From Spirochaetota bacterium (GTDB taxonomy: Bacteria > Spirochaetota > UBA4802 > JAFGDQ01): DNA of 38,218 nt. The notes below the pieces were generated by a model. That model saw only the letters and a program-made list of their open reading frames with translations, had not been told where the DNA came from and ran no database searches. Positions 1 through 8,537 of this stretch are shown one piece after another. The translations under genes were made by a program, and so were the position numbers. The DNA is taken from assembly GCA_043803405.1 (NCBI GenBank), contig JAZDKB010000052.1:1-38218 (forward strand), given 5' to 3'. Positions within the stretch are counted from its first letter, which is position 1, and each line of letters begins with the position of its first letter.

Positions 1-359
1 AGCGCTTAATTAAAGAAAACGAATAATTAAACTGTGCATAAAGCACGAATAGCGGGTTGGAAAAATATCTTCAAACAAGCAGCAATTTAAAATTATTTTT
101 AAAGAAATAGCCTCAAATCCCTTGACTACTACATAGCGGGGTTAGGGGGTGAGTCCTCAAGGCTATTAATTATAAATATTTTTAACGTAAGGCAGCCCTC
201 CTGCGTACACGGGGTATTATGTTTCAAGGCGCTGAAATAAATTTAACTTGCGGTTTTTATTACACGATATTAGCATGACAGGCCTGTCCGCAATCCTAAA
301 TCCCACGGACTCATTATTTGAGCCGGGATCATTCTTTAAGCCAGGAACAATAATTTTTT

Positions 360-1598
360 ATGATCTTTCCTGATATTAAGCCCTTTTTAAAAAATAATTT
401 AATCATACATTTAATAAGAAATAACAACACTGCTATTCACGTAAGAAATATTAAATTTATCTTCCTGTTGCTGTTTCTTTCAAGTTTAATCTTTTTAAGA
501 ATACAAATTCAATCTTTTGATATCGCATTAAGGTATCTGTATATTTTATTAATAATATTATCTGCCTTCTGGTTCGGCCTTAAAGGGGGCTTGATCAGCT
601 CCGTAATCTCCTTTGTTATATTTCTTCTTGAGATAACAAATTTTATTGATTATAAATTCAGGACTGTTGTCGAAACCAACATCAGTATAATTATAAGATT
701 TTTTGCATATTTTTCCGGTGGAATTATTATAGGCTATCTTTCTGATCTGGACAAAAAACTAAAAAATGAATTAAACGCCATGGCTTATTATGATGAATTA
801 ACCGGGTGCATGAATTACCGGTTAACCATGGAATTTTTTCAGAAAACATTAATGCACTCGATAAGAAACAAAGAAGAAATGATTATTATCATGACGGATA
901 TTGATTTTTTCAAAAAAATAAATGATACATACGGACATACAATTGGAAATGAATTTCTTAAGTGGTTTGCAAGTGTATTAAAATCCTCGGTCAGGGAAAT
1001 CGATTCAATAGGGAGATACGGAGGGGATGAATTTTTGATCATTTTACCGGACTGCAATGTTAAACAGGCCGTAACCGTAATTAAACGAATAAAAAATAAT
1101 ATAAATAATAACGCGTTAATGCCTGAGGAATTAAAAAGGTATTCTATTATTAAATTAAAATTCAGCGCCGGTATGTCACAATATCCTTATAATGGGAATG
1201 ACGATATTGAATTAATAAAAGCCGCAGACAATGCCCTCTATCACGCCAAGAACACCGGGAAAGACAATATATTCAAAGAAAGAAGAAAAGCAGTAAGAAT
1301 TGATAAAATACCCAATTTAAAAATTGAGATCCTTAACATAACTAATTTAACAAAAAATGACAAAGTCTCTGTTATAAACATTTCAAGATATGGAATATCA
1401 TTAAATCTGAGTCAAAACATTATTAAAAAAATTATTGTTCTCAGGTTTCACCCGGAGCATTGGGAAGAACCTATCAATTTACATTGCAAAATTATACATA
1501 AAGAAAAGCAGAACAAGGATTTATATACTTATGGCTTTGAATACACTAATGCCCCTGCTGAATTTGAAAAATTATTTGATAGAATATTTCATAACTAG
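360..1598 (+). CDS. Membrane-anchored diguanylate cyclase (TM region + GGDEF + C-terminal PilZ)
   Basis: Hydrophobic N-terminal helices; intact RYGGDEF with upstream RxxD I-site (REID); C-terminal ERRKAVR (RxxxR) and NISRYG (D/NxSxxG) PilZ motifs. Exact start uncertain. Confidence 0.88.
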   Translation: MIFPDIKPFLKNNLIIHLIRNNNTAIHVRNIKFIFLLLFLSSLIFLRIQIQSFDIALRYLYILLIILSAFWFGLKGGLISSVISFVIFLLEITNFIDYKFRTVVETNISIIIRFFAYFSGGIIIGYLSDLDKKLKNELNAMAYYDELTGCMNYRLTMEFFQKTLMHSIRNKEEMIIIMTDIDFFKKINDTYGHTIGNEFLKWFASVLKSSVREIDSIGRYGGDEFLIILPDCNVKQAVTVIKRIKNNINNNALMPEELKRYSIIKLKFSAGMSQYPYNGNDDIELIKAADNALYHAKNTGKDNIFKERRKAVRIDKIPNLKIEILNITNLTKNDKVSVINISRYGISLNLSQNIIKKIIVLRFHPEHWEEPINLHCKIIHKEKQNKDLYTYGFEYTNAPAEFEKLFDRIFHN

Positions 1599-1637
1599 AT
1601 AATTTTCTTGTTCAAAGATGTTAGGATTTGCCTGCAG

Positions 1638-2357
1638 TTACTTCACCATAGCGATCGCCTTTCGTAAATCGATCGTCTTTTCGTAAACTGCTTTTCCAGT
1701 GATGCAGCCTTTTAAACCGAGTGGCACGTATTTCGCGAGCTTCATTATATCGTCGTAGGTCGACACGCCGCCGGACGCCACGAGCGAGACGCCCTTTGCT
1801 TTCTCCAGAACTGTTTCTATAGACGCGAAGTTCGGGCCGGTCATCATGCCGTCAGTGGAAATATCCGTGTATATCACTTCGTTAATCCCTGCTTCCAGCA
1901 ATCCTTTAATAAATTCTATGGAAGATATTTGCGATACGTTTTTCCAGCCATGGGTTGCAATCATGGAATCCCTTGCGTCAATGCCTGCTACAATGTATTT
2001 GGAATATTTTTTAATGAATGATTTGAACGATTCTTCCAGCACTACAGTGCCCAGAATTATTCTTTTAATGCCTGCGTCAATATATTCCCCGGCAGCTTCG
2101 ATAGTTCTTATGCCGCCGCCTATCTCGATAGGGATCTTAACAGTACGCGCGATTTTTGTCACAATATCCTTGTTGACCGGATAACCTTTAAATGCGCCGT
2201 CAAGATCGACTACGTGTATAAGCTGCGCGCCCTGCTCCTCGAACGATTTTGCTACTGATATCGGATCATGGAAATACACTGTTTCCTTATCGGGATCACC
2301 CTGCAGGAGCCTTACACAGTTCCCGTTCTTTATGTCTATTGCCGGTATTATGAGCAT
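1638..2357 (-). CDS. hisA: ProFAR isomerase (histidine biosynthesis)
   Basis: MLIIPAIDIKNGNCVRLLQG, HVVDLDGA, GGGIR, YTDISTDGMMTGPN, ASGGV motifs. Confidence 0.96.
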   Translation of the reverse strand: MLIIPAIDIKNGNCVRLLQGDPDKETVYFHDPISVAKSFEEQGAQLIHVVDLDGAFKGYPVNKDIVTKIARTVKIPIEIGGGIRTIEAAGEYIDAGIKRIILGTVVLEESFKSFIKKYSKYIVAGIDARDSMIATHGWKNVSQISSIEFIKGLLEAGINEVIYTDISTDGMMTGPNFASIETVLEKAKGVSLVASGGVSTYDDIMKLAKYVPLGLKGCITGKAVYEKTIDLRKAIAMVK

Positions 2358-2959
2358 GAGTACCTCACAAAATTTTCTACAATACTTAATCCTACTTTAT
2401 GGCTTTTCTCAGGATGGAACTGGGTTGCGATCATGTTGCCCTTCCCTACTATGCACGGGAAACTTTTGCCGTATTCAACTTCACCGAGTGACCAGCTGTG
2501 ATCCTCAATATCAGGATAATAGGAATGAATAAAATAAAAATATGAATGATTCTCGACTCCGTCAAGGAATTTGGATTTGCCTTTAAGTTCAATGTCGTTC
2601 CATCCCATGTGCGGAACTTTTAATCCCGGAAAATCGAATTTTTTGACATGGCCGCGTATAATGTCCAGCCCTTTGTGAAAGCCGAACTCGTCGCTTGAAG
2701 AAAATAAAAGCTGAAACCCGAGGCATATTCCGAGAAAGTAGCCCCCGGACGCTATGTATTCGCGCAGCGGCTCCACCCAGCCCATTTTGTGCAGGTGCTC
2801 CATTGCCATTCCAAAAGCCCCGTCCCCGGGCAATATCAGTGCCCTGGATGTCTTGATGGACTCAGGATCGCCGGATATTCTAACATCGCCTGTATATTTC
2901 TCAATAGCTTTTTCAACAGAACGCAGGTTACCCATTCCGTAATCAATCACCGTTATCAT
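2348..2959 (-). CDS. hisH: Imidazole glycerol phosphate synthase glutamine amidotransferase subunit
   Basis: Start re-assigned to ATG 2959 (MITVIDYGMGNLRSV); GICLGFQ catalytic Cys; VPHMGWN; QFHPEKS. Confidence 0.96.
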   Translation of the reverse strand: MITVIDYGMGNLRSVEKAIEKYTGDVRISGDPESIKTSRALILPGDGAFGMAMEHLHKMGWVEPLREYIASGGYFLGICLGFQLLFSSSDEFGFHKGLDIIRGHVKKFDFPGLKVPHMGWNDIELKGKSKFLDGVENHSYFYFIHSYYPDIEDHSWSLGEVEYGKSFPCIVGKGNMIATQFHPEKSHKVGLSIVENFVRYSCS

Positions 2960-3548
2960 ATAATGAACCTTTAGTTGACTGGATATTGTTTTTAAGGAAC
3001 TCGTCAATTTTTGCAGCCTTGTACATGGCAATGCCGAGCGCTTTGAACAGCGCCTCCTGGCAGTGATGATTGTTATCTCCGTAAACAACGGACGCGTGAA
3101 GGTTGATCTGCGCGTTAACGGCAAACGCACGCAGAAATTCTATAGTAAGCTCCGAATCGTACTCGCCAATGAAGCCCTTAAGTTCTTTGCCAGTATACAT
3201 AAAGAACGCCCTGCCGGAAAGATCGACTACAACGCTCGCGAGCGAATCGTCCATTGGCACGCTTGCGTCCCCGAATCGCGTTACGCCTGCAAGGTCCCCG
3301 AGCGCTTTTTTAAAAGCCTTGCCCATGCATATCCCCACGTCCTCTACCGTGTGATGCGCGTCTACCTCGTAGTCTCCTTTGCAAGCGAGTTCGAGCGCGA
3401 AACGCCCGTGCTTTGACATCGAACTAAGCATGTGGTCGAAGAACGCTACTCCCGAATCAATCTTCATCTTCTCAGTGCTTTCAAGAACAAGCTTAAGCGA
3501 AATATCGGTTTCCGAAGTTTTTCTTTTTATTTCAGCTTTTCTGGTCAT
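2943..3548 (-). CDS. hisB: Imidazoleglycerol-phosphate dehydratase
   Basis: RKTSETDI, FFDHML, DAHHTVEDVGI, NNHHCQEALFKA, STKG motifs. Confidence 0.96.
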   Translation of the reverse strand: MTRKAEIKRKTSETDISLKLVLESTEKMKIDSGVAFFDHMLSSMSKHGRFALELACKGDYEVDAHHTVEDVGICMGKAFKKALGDLAGVTRFGDASVPMDDSLASVVVDLSGRAFFMYTGKELKGFIGEYDSELTIEFLRAFAVNAQINLHASVVYGDNNHHCQEALFKALGIAMYKAAKIDEFLKNNIQSTKGSLYDNGD

Positions 3549-3586
3549 ATATTTTCCTTAAAAAACTATTATCCGAAATTCATATC

Positions 3587-3614
3587 TTTATATTTATCGG
3601 TATATTCCTGTCAA
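3587..3614 (-). promoter_or_regulatory. Putative sigma70 promoter of hisBHA
   Basis: TTGACA (3614-3609) followed after 16 nt by TATAAA on the minus strand, ~40 nt upstream of hisB. Confidence 0.45.
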
Positions 3615-3715
3615 GAAACTACAGACCCTTAATTGATTTGGAAAAATAATTTGTTAAAATAGAATGAATCAATATGTCAATGAAGCAATATAAATGCTTA
3701 ATGATAAATGATAGG

Positions 3716-4021
3716 TTAAACTGCGGATTTTATTTTGCCCGGAACAGCCTGAAGTTTCAACCCCAGCGCGTTTACAACTTTCAGGATTGTCGAAAATTCC
3801 GGATTCCCTTCGGGTGATAATGCTTTATAAAGGCTTTCCCTTCCCATGCCTGCCTTTTTTGCAATCTGCGACATGCCTTTTGCTCTGGCAATATCCCCCA
3901 GCACCGCAGCAATCAATGAAGGATCGTTTTCTTCCAGTGCAGCTTCCAGATAGGCTGCCATGTCTTCTTTGGTTTTAAGATGTTCCGCAGCATCCCACAC
4001 GGTTGTAATTTCTTTTTTCAT
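3716..4021 (-). CDS. Addiction-module antidote protein (HigA-like HTH antitoxin, HI1420 type)
   Basis: Start at ATG 4021 (MKKEITTVWDAAEHL) with SD GGAGGT in the toxin 3' end; AYLEAALEE...GDIARAKGMSQIAKKAGMGRESLYKALSPEGNPEFSTILKV signature. Confidence 0.9.
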   Translation of the reverse strand: MKKEITTVWDAAEHLKTKEDMAAYLEAALEENDPSLIAAVLGDIARAKGMSQIAKKAGMGRESLYKALSPEGNPEFSTILKVVNALGLKLQAVPGKIKSAV

Positions 4022-4022
4022 A

Positions 4023-4319
4023 CTACACCTCCATTTCCCGTGCAAGTTCTCGCGCCTTTTTAATATCCCGCGATTGAGTAGATTTATCGCCGCCGGCAAG
4101 CAGAATAATTATTTGACTTTCCTTCCGAATAAAATAAATTCTATATCCCGGGCCGTAATCTATTCTTAATTCAGAAATACCTTCGCCAACAGATTTTACA
4201 TCTCCGGGATTGCCTAATGATATCCGTCTAATACGTATATCAATTCGAACTTTTGCATTCCTGTCTCTTAACGAGATAAACCATTTTCGATAAGTTTCAG
4301 TCTGGCGAATTTCTACCAT
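4023..4319 (-). CDS. Addiction-module killer protein (RelE/HigB-like toxin, HI1419 type)
   Basis: GNPGDVKSVGEGISELRIDYGPGYRIYF and LLAGGDKSTQSRDIKKA signature; upstream of the antitoxin. Confidence 0.9.
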   Translation of the reverse strand: MVEIRQTETYRKWFISLRDRNAKVRIDIRIRRISLGNPGDVKSVGEGISELRIDYGPGYRIYFIRKESQIIILLAGGDKSTQSRDIKKARELAREMEV

Positions 4320-4353
4320 ATTCTAATGTATTTCATAGGATACATTCTGTCAA
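4320..4353 (-). promoter_or_regulatory. Sigma70 promoter with overlapping palindromic operator for the toxin-antitoxin operon
   Basis: TTGACA (4353-4348)-17 nt-TACATT (4330-4325), 5 nt before the ATG; inverted repeat AATGTAT-N8-ATACATT (4325-4346). Confidence 0.75.
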
Positions 4354-4387
4354 CTTATTTGTTTTGTTTATTTATAGATTATCAATC

Positions 4388-6724
4388 TCAGTATCTCAGT
4401 TCAAATCCTGAAATGATCTCTCTTTTCCCGAACGAGTTATAAAAGTACGGCCAAACAGCGTCAACCTTAAAAACAAGATGATCCTGCAGCAAAAATCTTA
4501 ATCCTGCGCCAAGACCCGATTTCAAATCCTCGAATTCACCCGTATCGGAGTTTCTCAAATTATAATCTTTGTTCCATGCTGACCCGAAATCTGCAAAAAG
4601 CGCGAAGCCGATGTCTTCAAATTTAATAATGCCCGGCCATCTTAAGATAAGCCTGTCGATAAGCACGAACCTGATCTCTGTATTTAAAGCAAAGGCGTTC
4701 CTGCCCCTGTACGCGAAAAGCCCGTGGCCTCTTACGGAATTTAATCCTCCTATATAATAATTAAAATAGCCTTCATCCCTGCCGAATATTTTACCTGCGC
4801 TTCCTTTAACTGAAAAGATAACTATATTGTTATACTCCAAAAGCTTTAAAAAATTCAGGCTAAGTACGCTAAAAGAAGGGTCGCGTTTGCCGGCATCGAT
4901 TCCTTCGGAAAAAGAAAGCCCGCCTTTAGCGCCGTTTGCAGGCCAGGCTTTGTTGTATATCAGACCATCATAATTAAACGATAAGGATATTTCTTTTGAA
5001 TATATATTCTTTCTGTAATTATCTTCAGTTGAATTAACGTTTTCATAAATGCCTGAACAATATTTAACTTTAAAAAAAGAGTTATCGGTAAACGGGAAAA
5101 CAATATAGCCGTTTAAACCGTAATTTTTCGAGTTAATATTATTTGAGTAGAACGTTAAAGTGTCTCCTGTGCTATTGAGATAATCGGAACTAAAACCGGA
5201 GTTAAGCGGGCTGGCTTTGTAAAATGCGTCAATACCGATGTCCGCACGGTATTTTAGCAGTTCATAATTAAAATAATAATTTAAGTCATTATTGCTTTTA
5301 GATTTAACATATTCGGCATCGAATTCAAATTTATGCATCTTAAGAATATCCGCAGCTTTTATGTTCACGAATCCTGCGAAGTTTTTATGCAATACAACGC
5401 CGCCGCCCTGCCCAGTAAAATCGAGATTCAGTTCATCGTTGTAATCCGAAAAAACAGCGTCCTTAGCATCAAAATAAGCAGCAGGATATTTGACCCTATT
5501 GTATTGCGTATCAGGAACTTCATTGCCGTTATTGGAAATAACTGTTTTACTTTTCGTTGTCAGATCGAACCTGATCAATTTAAAAATGCCGGATTTAATA
5601 TTTCTCTGTTCGTTTTCATTTGAAGAAAAAATTACTGAATTGCCGTCCGATGAAATTTCCGGAGATCTTTTTTCAAAGCGATCGTTTGTTACGCGGAAAA
5701 GTGATCTGTTCTTAATGTCATATATATACACATCCGAAGAATTAAAGCTCTGGCCTATAAATGCCAGGTATTTCCCGTCGTTTGATATATGAGTATCAGA
5801 TACATTTATAAACGGCAGCTTTATTTCCCCGACATTCTTTTCGGAGTTATTATTAAATATACGTAATATATTTCTGTCTTCATCATATTTTATCCGGAAA
5901 ATATTTTTCTCTTTGTCTTTATTCTCCGGTTCGCGTGTATTCTTTTCAGGAATGCTGTGTTCTTTTTTTAAATAATATTCAATTAACTTTGCCTTTAATT
6001 CTTCAATGCTTGATCCTGTGGTTTTTGTAATTGCCACGTAAATATCATCGTAATCCCTGATGTTAAGCATAAGCTTACTGATAACATCCTGTCCAAAACT
6101 AGTCTCAAGAAAATAAAAAAACGACTGTCCTATTGTACAGGCAAGTTTACCCCGTACGTTTTTAAGCAATTTAATATTGATCAGGAGTTCCGCTTTATCC
6201 GAGTAAATGATCTTCCGGATTTTTGCATCCGAAGTTTCATCATATCCGGCAGACAGGTATTCAGCCATTCCTTCTGTAATAAAAGCAGGAATGCCGGAAA
6301 AACCGCTGCGCGAGACATTATCCCATCCTGGCAGGGAGCCGAAAAGAATATCATGCTGAAACGCATGCGTCATCCGGCGCGTCAGATCAGTGTGAAGCAG
6401 CCTGTACGACCCGGCAAACGCAAGGTCTATCCTGCCGGAAATATGCCTGCCGGTATTCGGTTTCCTGGAATGAATGACGATCGGTACATTAAGGCTTAAT
6501 TCATGCTTGAACTGATTAGCCAGGTAAACATAACTTTCTTCAGCCGCCTTTGCGGCAAAAATTCCGACATCCCGCATTGTTTCCGGATAAAATATATCGA
6601 AGTGAAGTGTGCGGATTACGCTCCAGTTATATGTATGATCGGATGTTCTGCTATGCGTTTTTCCGATAAAAACATTGATCGTAATAATTATGATTAAAAA
6701 AAATATTTTAATATTTTTGAACAT
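4388..6724 (-). CDS. Omp85/BamA-superfamily outer-membrane protein with N-terminal peptidase-MA-like and TolB/PD40-like domains
   Basis: Signal peptide; HFDIFYP and PAFITEGMAEYLS (MA-clan-like); ISNDGKYLAF and PEISSDGNSVIFSS (PD40-like); GGLNSVRGH, FADFG and terminal aromatic FELRY (Omp85 barrel). Confidence 0.72.
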   Translation of the reverse strand: MFKNIKIFFLIIIITINVFIGKTHSRTSDHTYNWSVIRTLHFDIFYPETMRDVGIFAAKAAEESYVYLANQFKHELSLNVPIVIHSRKPNTGRHISGRIDLAFAGSYRLLHTDLTRRMTHAFQHDILFGSLPGWDNVSRSGFSGIPAFITEGMAEYLSAGYDETSDAKIRKIIYSDKAELLINIKLLKNVRGKLACTIGQSFFYFLETSFGQDVISKLMLNIRDYDDIYVAITKTTGSSIEELKAKLIEYYLKKEHSIPEKNTREPENKDKEKNIFRIKYDEDRNILRIFNNNSEKNVGEIKLPFINVSDTHISNDGKYLAFIGQSFNSSDVYIYDIKNRSLFRVTNDRFEKRSPEISSDGNSVIFSSNENEQRNIKSGIFKLIRFDLTTKSKTVISNNGNEVPDTQYNRVKYPAAYFDAKDAVFSDYNDELNLDFTGQGGGVVLHKNFAGFVNIKAADILKMHKFEFDAEYVKSKSNNDLNYYFNYELLKYRADIGIDAFYKASPLNSGFSSDYLNSTGDTLTFYSNNINSKNYGLNGYIVFPFTDNSFFKVKYCSGIYENVNSTEDNYRKNIYSKEISLSFNYDGLIYNKAWPANGAKGGLSFSEGIDAGKRDPSFSVLSLNFLKLLEYNNIVIFSVKGSAGKIFGRDEGYFNYYIGGLNSVRGHGLFAYRGRNAFALNTEIRFVLIDRLILRWPGIIKFEDIGFALFADFGSAWNKDYNLRNSDTGEFEDLKSGLGAGLRFLLQDHLVFKVDAVWPYFYNSFGKREIISGFELRY

Positions 6725-6786
6725 CTTTATATTGAATTATTACTATCTGTAAAAAAATTTTCTGATAAGTTCCGATGTTATTCTCC

Positions 6787-7275
6787 TTAAAAACTTTTTA
6801 CCATTTTATAATCATCCATAATAAATCCATTACCGATATCCGCGACAACCGAGCCGAGATTATCAAACCCGAATTTTTCATAAGCCTTAATTGTGCCGGT
6901 GTTATATTTATTTACAGTAAGGGAAATCTTATTCAAATGCTTTTCTTTTGCAAGGCCTACAATAAATTGAATTGCTTTTCTTCCAAAACCTTTATTGCGT
7001 TTTAAATTTAAAACATATAACTTGCTTAAAAATAATTCGTCTTCCTTAAACTGTATTCCTATATAACCGGACGGATAATTCTTATCGTATATTAAATAAT
7101 AAATAAATTTCTCATTACTGATTTGATTTTTAATAGCTTTTGCCGACTGGTATTTATCCAGCATATAATCGACCTGAACCTTTCCGATTATCGGACTGTA
7201 ATGCTCAGTCCATATCTCTTTTGCCAGTCTTTCAAGAATATCGATTTGATTCTTATCTTTTACTTCAATAAACAT
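6787..7275 (-). CDS. GNAT family N-acetyltransferase
   Basis: LSKLYV...RNKGFGRK acetyl-CoA motif A; LTVNKYNTGTIKAYEKFGF motif B. Confidence 0.9.
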   Translation of the reverse strand: MFIEVKDKNQIDILERLAKEIWTEHYSPIIGKVQVDYMLDKYQSAKAIKNQISNEKFIYYLIYDKNYPSGYIGIQFKEDELFLSKLYVLNLKRNKGFGRKAIQFIVGLAKEKHLNKISLTVNKYNTGTIKAYEKFGFDNLGSVVADIGNGFIMDDYKMVKSF

Positions 7276-7485
7276 AATTGTTCCTCACTATTACACTGTC
7301 ATATTCGATTTTGGGCTTAACAGTGCCAGTAATTGAAATACATTATAAAATGTCACAGTATACTACAGTTTAAGAATTAATTGCCCTTAAGTAACTGCAT
7401 AATTACAGAAAATAATATCGTAGAAATATATGGATTAATATCAATTAAAAAAATGAACTCGCAGTATCATAAAAATATTTTTTAC

Positions 7486-7514
7486 TTGCATGAATAACAA
7501 ATAAAAAGTATCTT
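7486..7514 (+). promoter_or_regulatory. Sigma70 promoter of the 6S-like RNA
   Basis: TTGCAT (7486-7491)-17 nt-TATCTT (7509-7514); predicted TSS ~7521 coincides with the start of the closing stem. Confidence 0.65.
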
Positions 7515-7520
7515 TATCTT

Positions 7521-7699
7521 ATCCTGCATTGCCCGTGCTTGATATGTTATTATTTTGTTCTATAACCAGAAAATACGGGATCCCGAATCTGGGAATGGAT
7601 GTCATGCTTCAGAGATTGAAGAAGATTGAAGTTCTCATGTGGAAACCCACCTTAATTTCGGATCAAAAGAATAGCATATCCACACGGCAATTGCGGGTA
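7521..7699 (+). ncRNA. ssrS: 6S RNA (probable)
   Basis: ~180-nt rod. Closing stem: CCTGCA/TGCGGG, TTGCC/GGCAA, GATATGTTATT(7541-7551)/AATAGCATATC(7670-7680), TTTTG/CAAAA. Central bubble 7561-7576 opposite 7649-7660. Upper stem: GGG/CCC, TGGGAAT/GTTCTCA and apical CTTCA/TGAAG. AAACCCACCTT on the 3' side resembles 6S RNAs. Confidence 0.8.
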
Positions 7700-7718
7700 C
7701 TTAATAAGCGGCATCACT

Positions 7719-8537
7719 ATGGATACAAACAAGAATTATCCTTATATCAAATATAATGACTTCTGGCAAAACAGCCTTCAAAGGCTCGAAAGCATAATTA
7801 AGAATGTCGAGCAAAACCTGAATAATCTCGAAAGGAAATACTGCGAGTTTGACGAATTCTATGACAAAATCATTACCGAGGTTGACATTTTAGCTTCAAT
7901 ATATTCCAGCCATAATAATTTAAAAGGCAGGGATTATATTTTAAAACTTAAAGCTCTTCTCTCGTCCTATCAGAAACGATATACGCACAAAGGCATCGAT
8001 TTTAAAGTAATCAATTTTTTAAATACAAAAATCAATCTGCTGCGGGAACAGAGTTTTGAAAATTTCCCTCAAATGGAGCATTCGGTTTTACTGTATAAAG
8101 ATATATCCGGCACATCCGAAATTCATGAAAAAAGTAAAGATATCCTAAAATTCAGCAAGCTGAAGTCCTCGGCTAAATTTAAATGGATAACATTTTCCAG
8201 GAACGGATCATGGTTCGTTTCTCAATATGACAAATTCCAGATCGTGGAACAGAAAGCTGATGAAACAAATAATTCTATAATTAAAATAAAATCAGATGGC
8301 AAGTTTATATCTGTGACTGATTTACTGTCACACTCTTTAAAAAATAAAAAAGAAAAGATTAATTCCTTTCTTGTAATAAAATTAAGGGACAATTTAGCAT
8401 GTTATGCCGTGAGCAGGCTTGGAAAAATAATAATGGCGGATAAGGATTTTATTGCCCCCAATCTGAAATCTATCATAAAAAATAAAATATCCCCCGGAAA
8501 ATTCCGGATTTTCGGAAAGAATCACATTTATTTATAA
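7719..8537 (+). CDS. Hypothetical protein: N-terminal helical/coiled-coil region, C-terminal divergent CheW-like domain
   Basis: 272-aa ORF; heptad-like N-terminus; the C-terminal pattern WITFSRNGSWF...DGKFISVTDL...FLVIKLRDNLACYAVSRLG resembles CheW strands (by eye). Confidence 0.55.
   Translation: MDTNKNYPYIKYNDFWQNSLQRLESIIKNVEQNLNNLERKYCEFDEFYDKIITEVDILASIYSSHNNLKGRDYILKLKALLSSYQKRYTHKGIDFKVINFLNTKINLLREQSFENFPQMEHSVLLYKDISGTSEIHEKSKDILKFSKLKSSAKFKWITFSRNGSWFVSQYDKFQIVEQKADETNNSIIKIKSDGKFISVTDLLSHSLKNKKEKINSFLVIKLRDNLACYAVSRLGKIIMADKDFIAPNLKSIIKNKISPGKFRIFGKNHIYL

Noticed and set aside
1..170. Partial resemblance to c-di-AMP (ydaO) or c-di-GMP-I riboswitches (CGCTTAAT, AGCGGGG, GGGGTGAGTCC, TAGCGGGGTTA)
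   Set aside because: The other core elements (GACCCA and CCCGTCAGCTAAC for ydaO; GGCAAA-GAAA-CGCAAAG for GEMM-I) are missing.
2960..3130. 57-aa N-terminal extension of HisH
   Set aside because: It is an alternate frame inside hisB; HisH homology starts at ATG 2959.
4022..4099. N-terminal extension of the antitoxin
   Set aside because: It overlaps the toxin; the SD and family pattern support ATG 4021.
7529..7756. 75-aa ORF in the ORF track
   Set aside because: It has a TTG start without an SD and overlies the 6S-like structure, whose base-pairing explains the sequence better.
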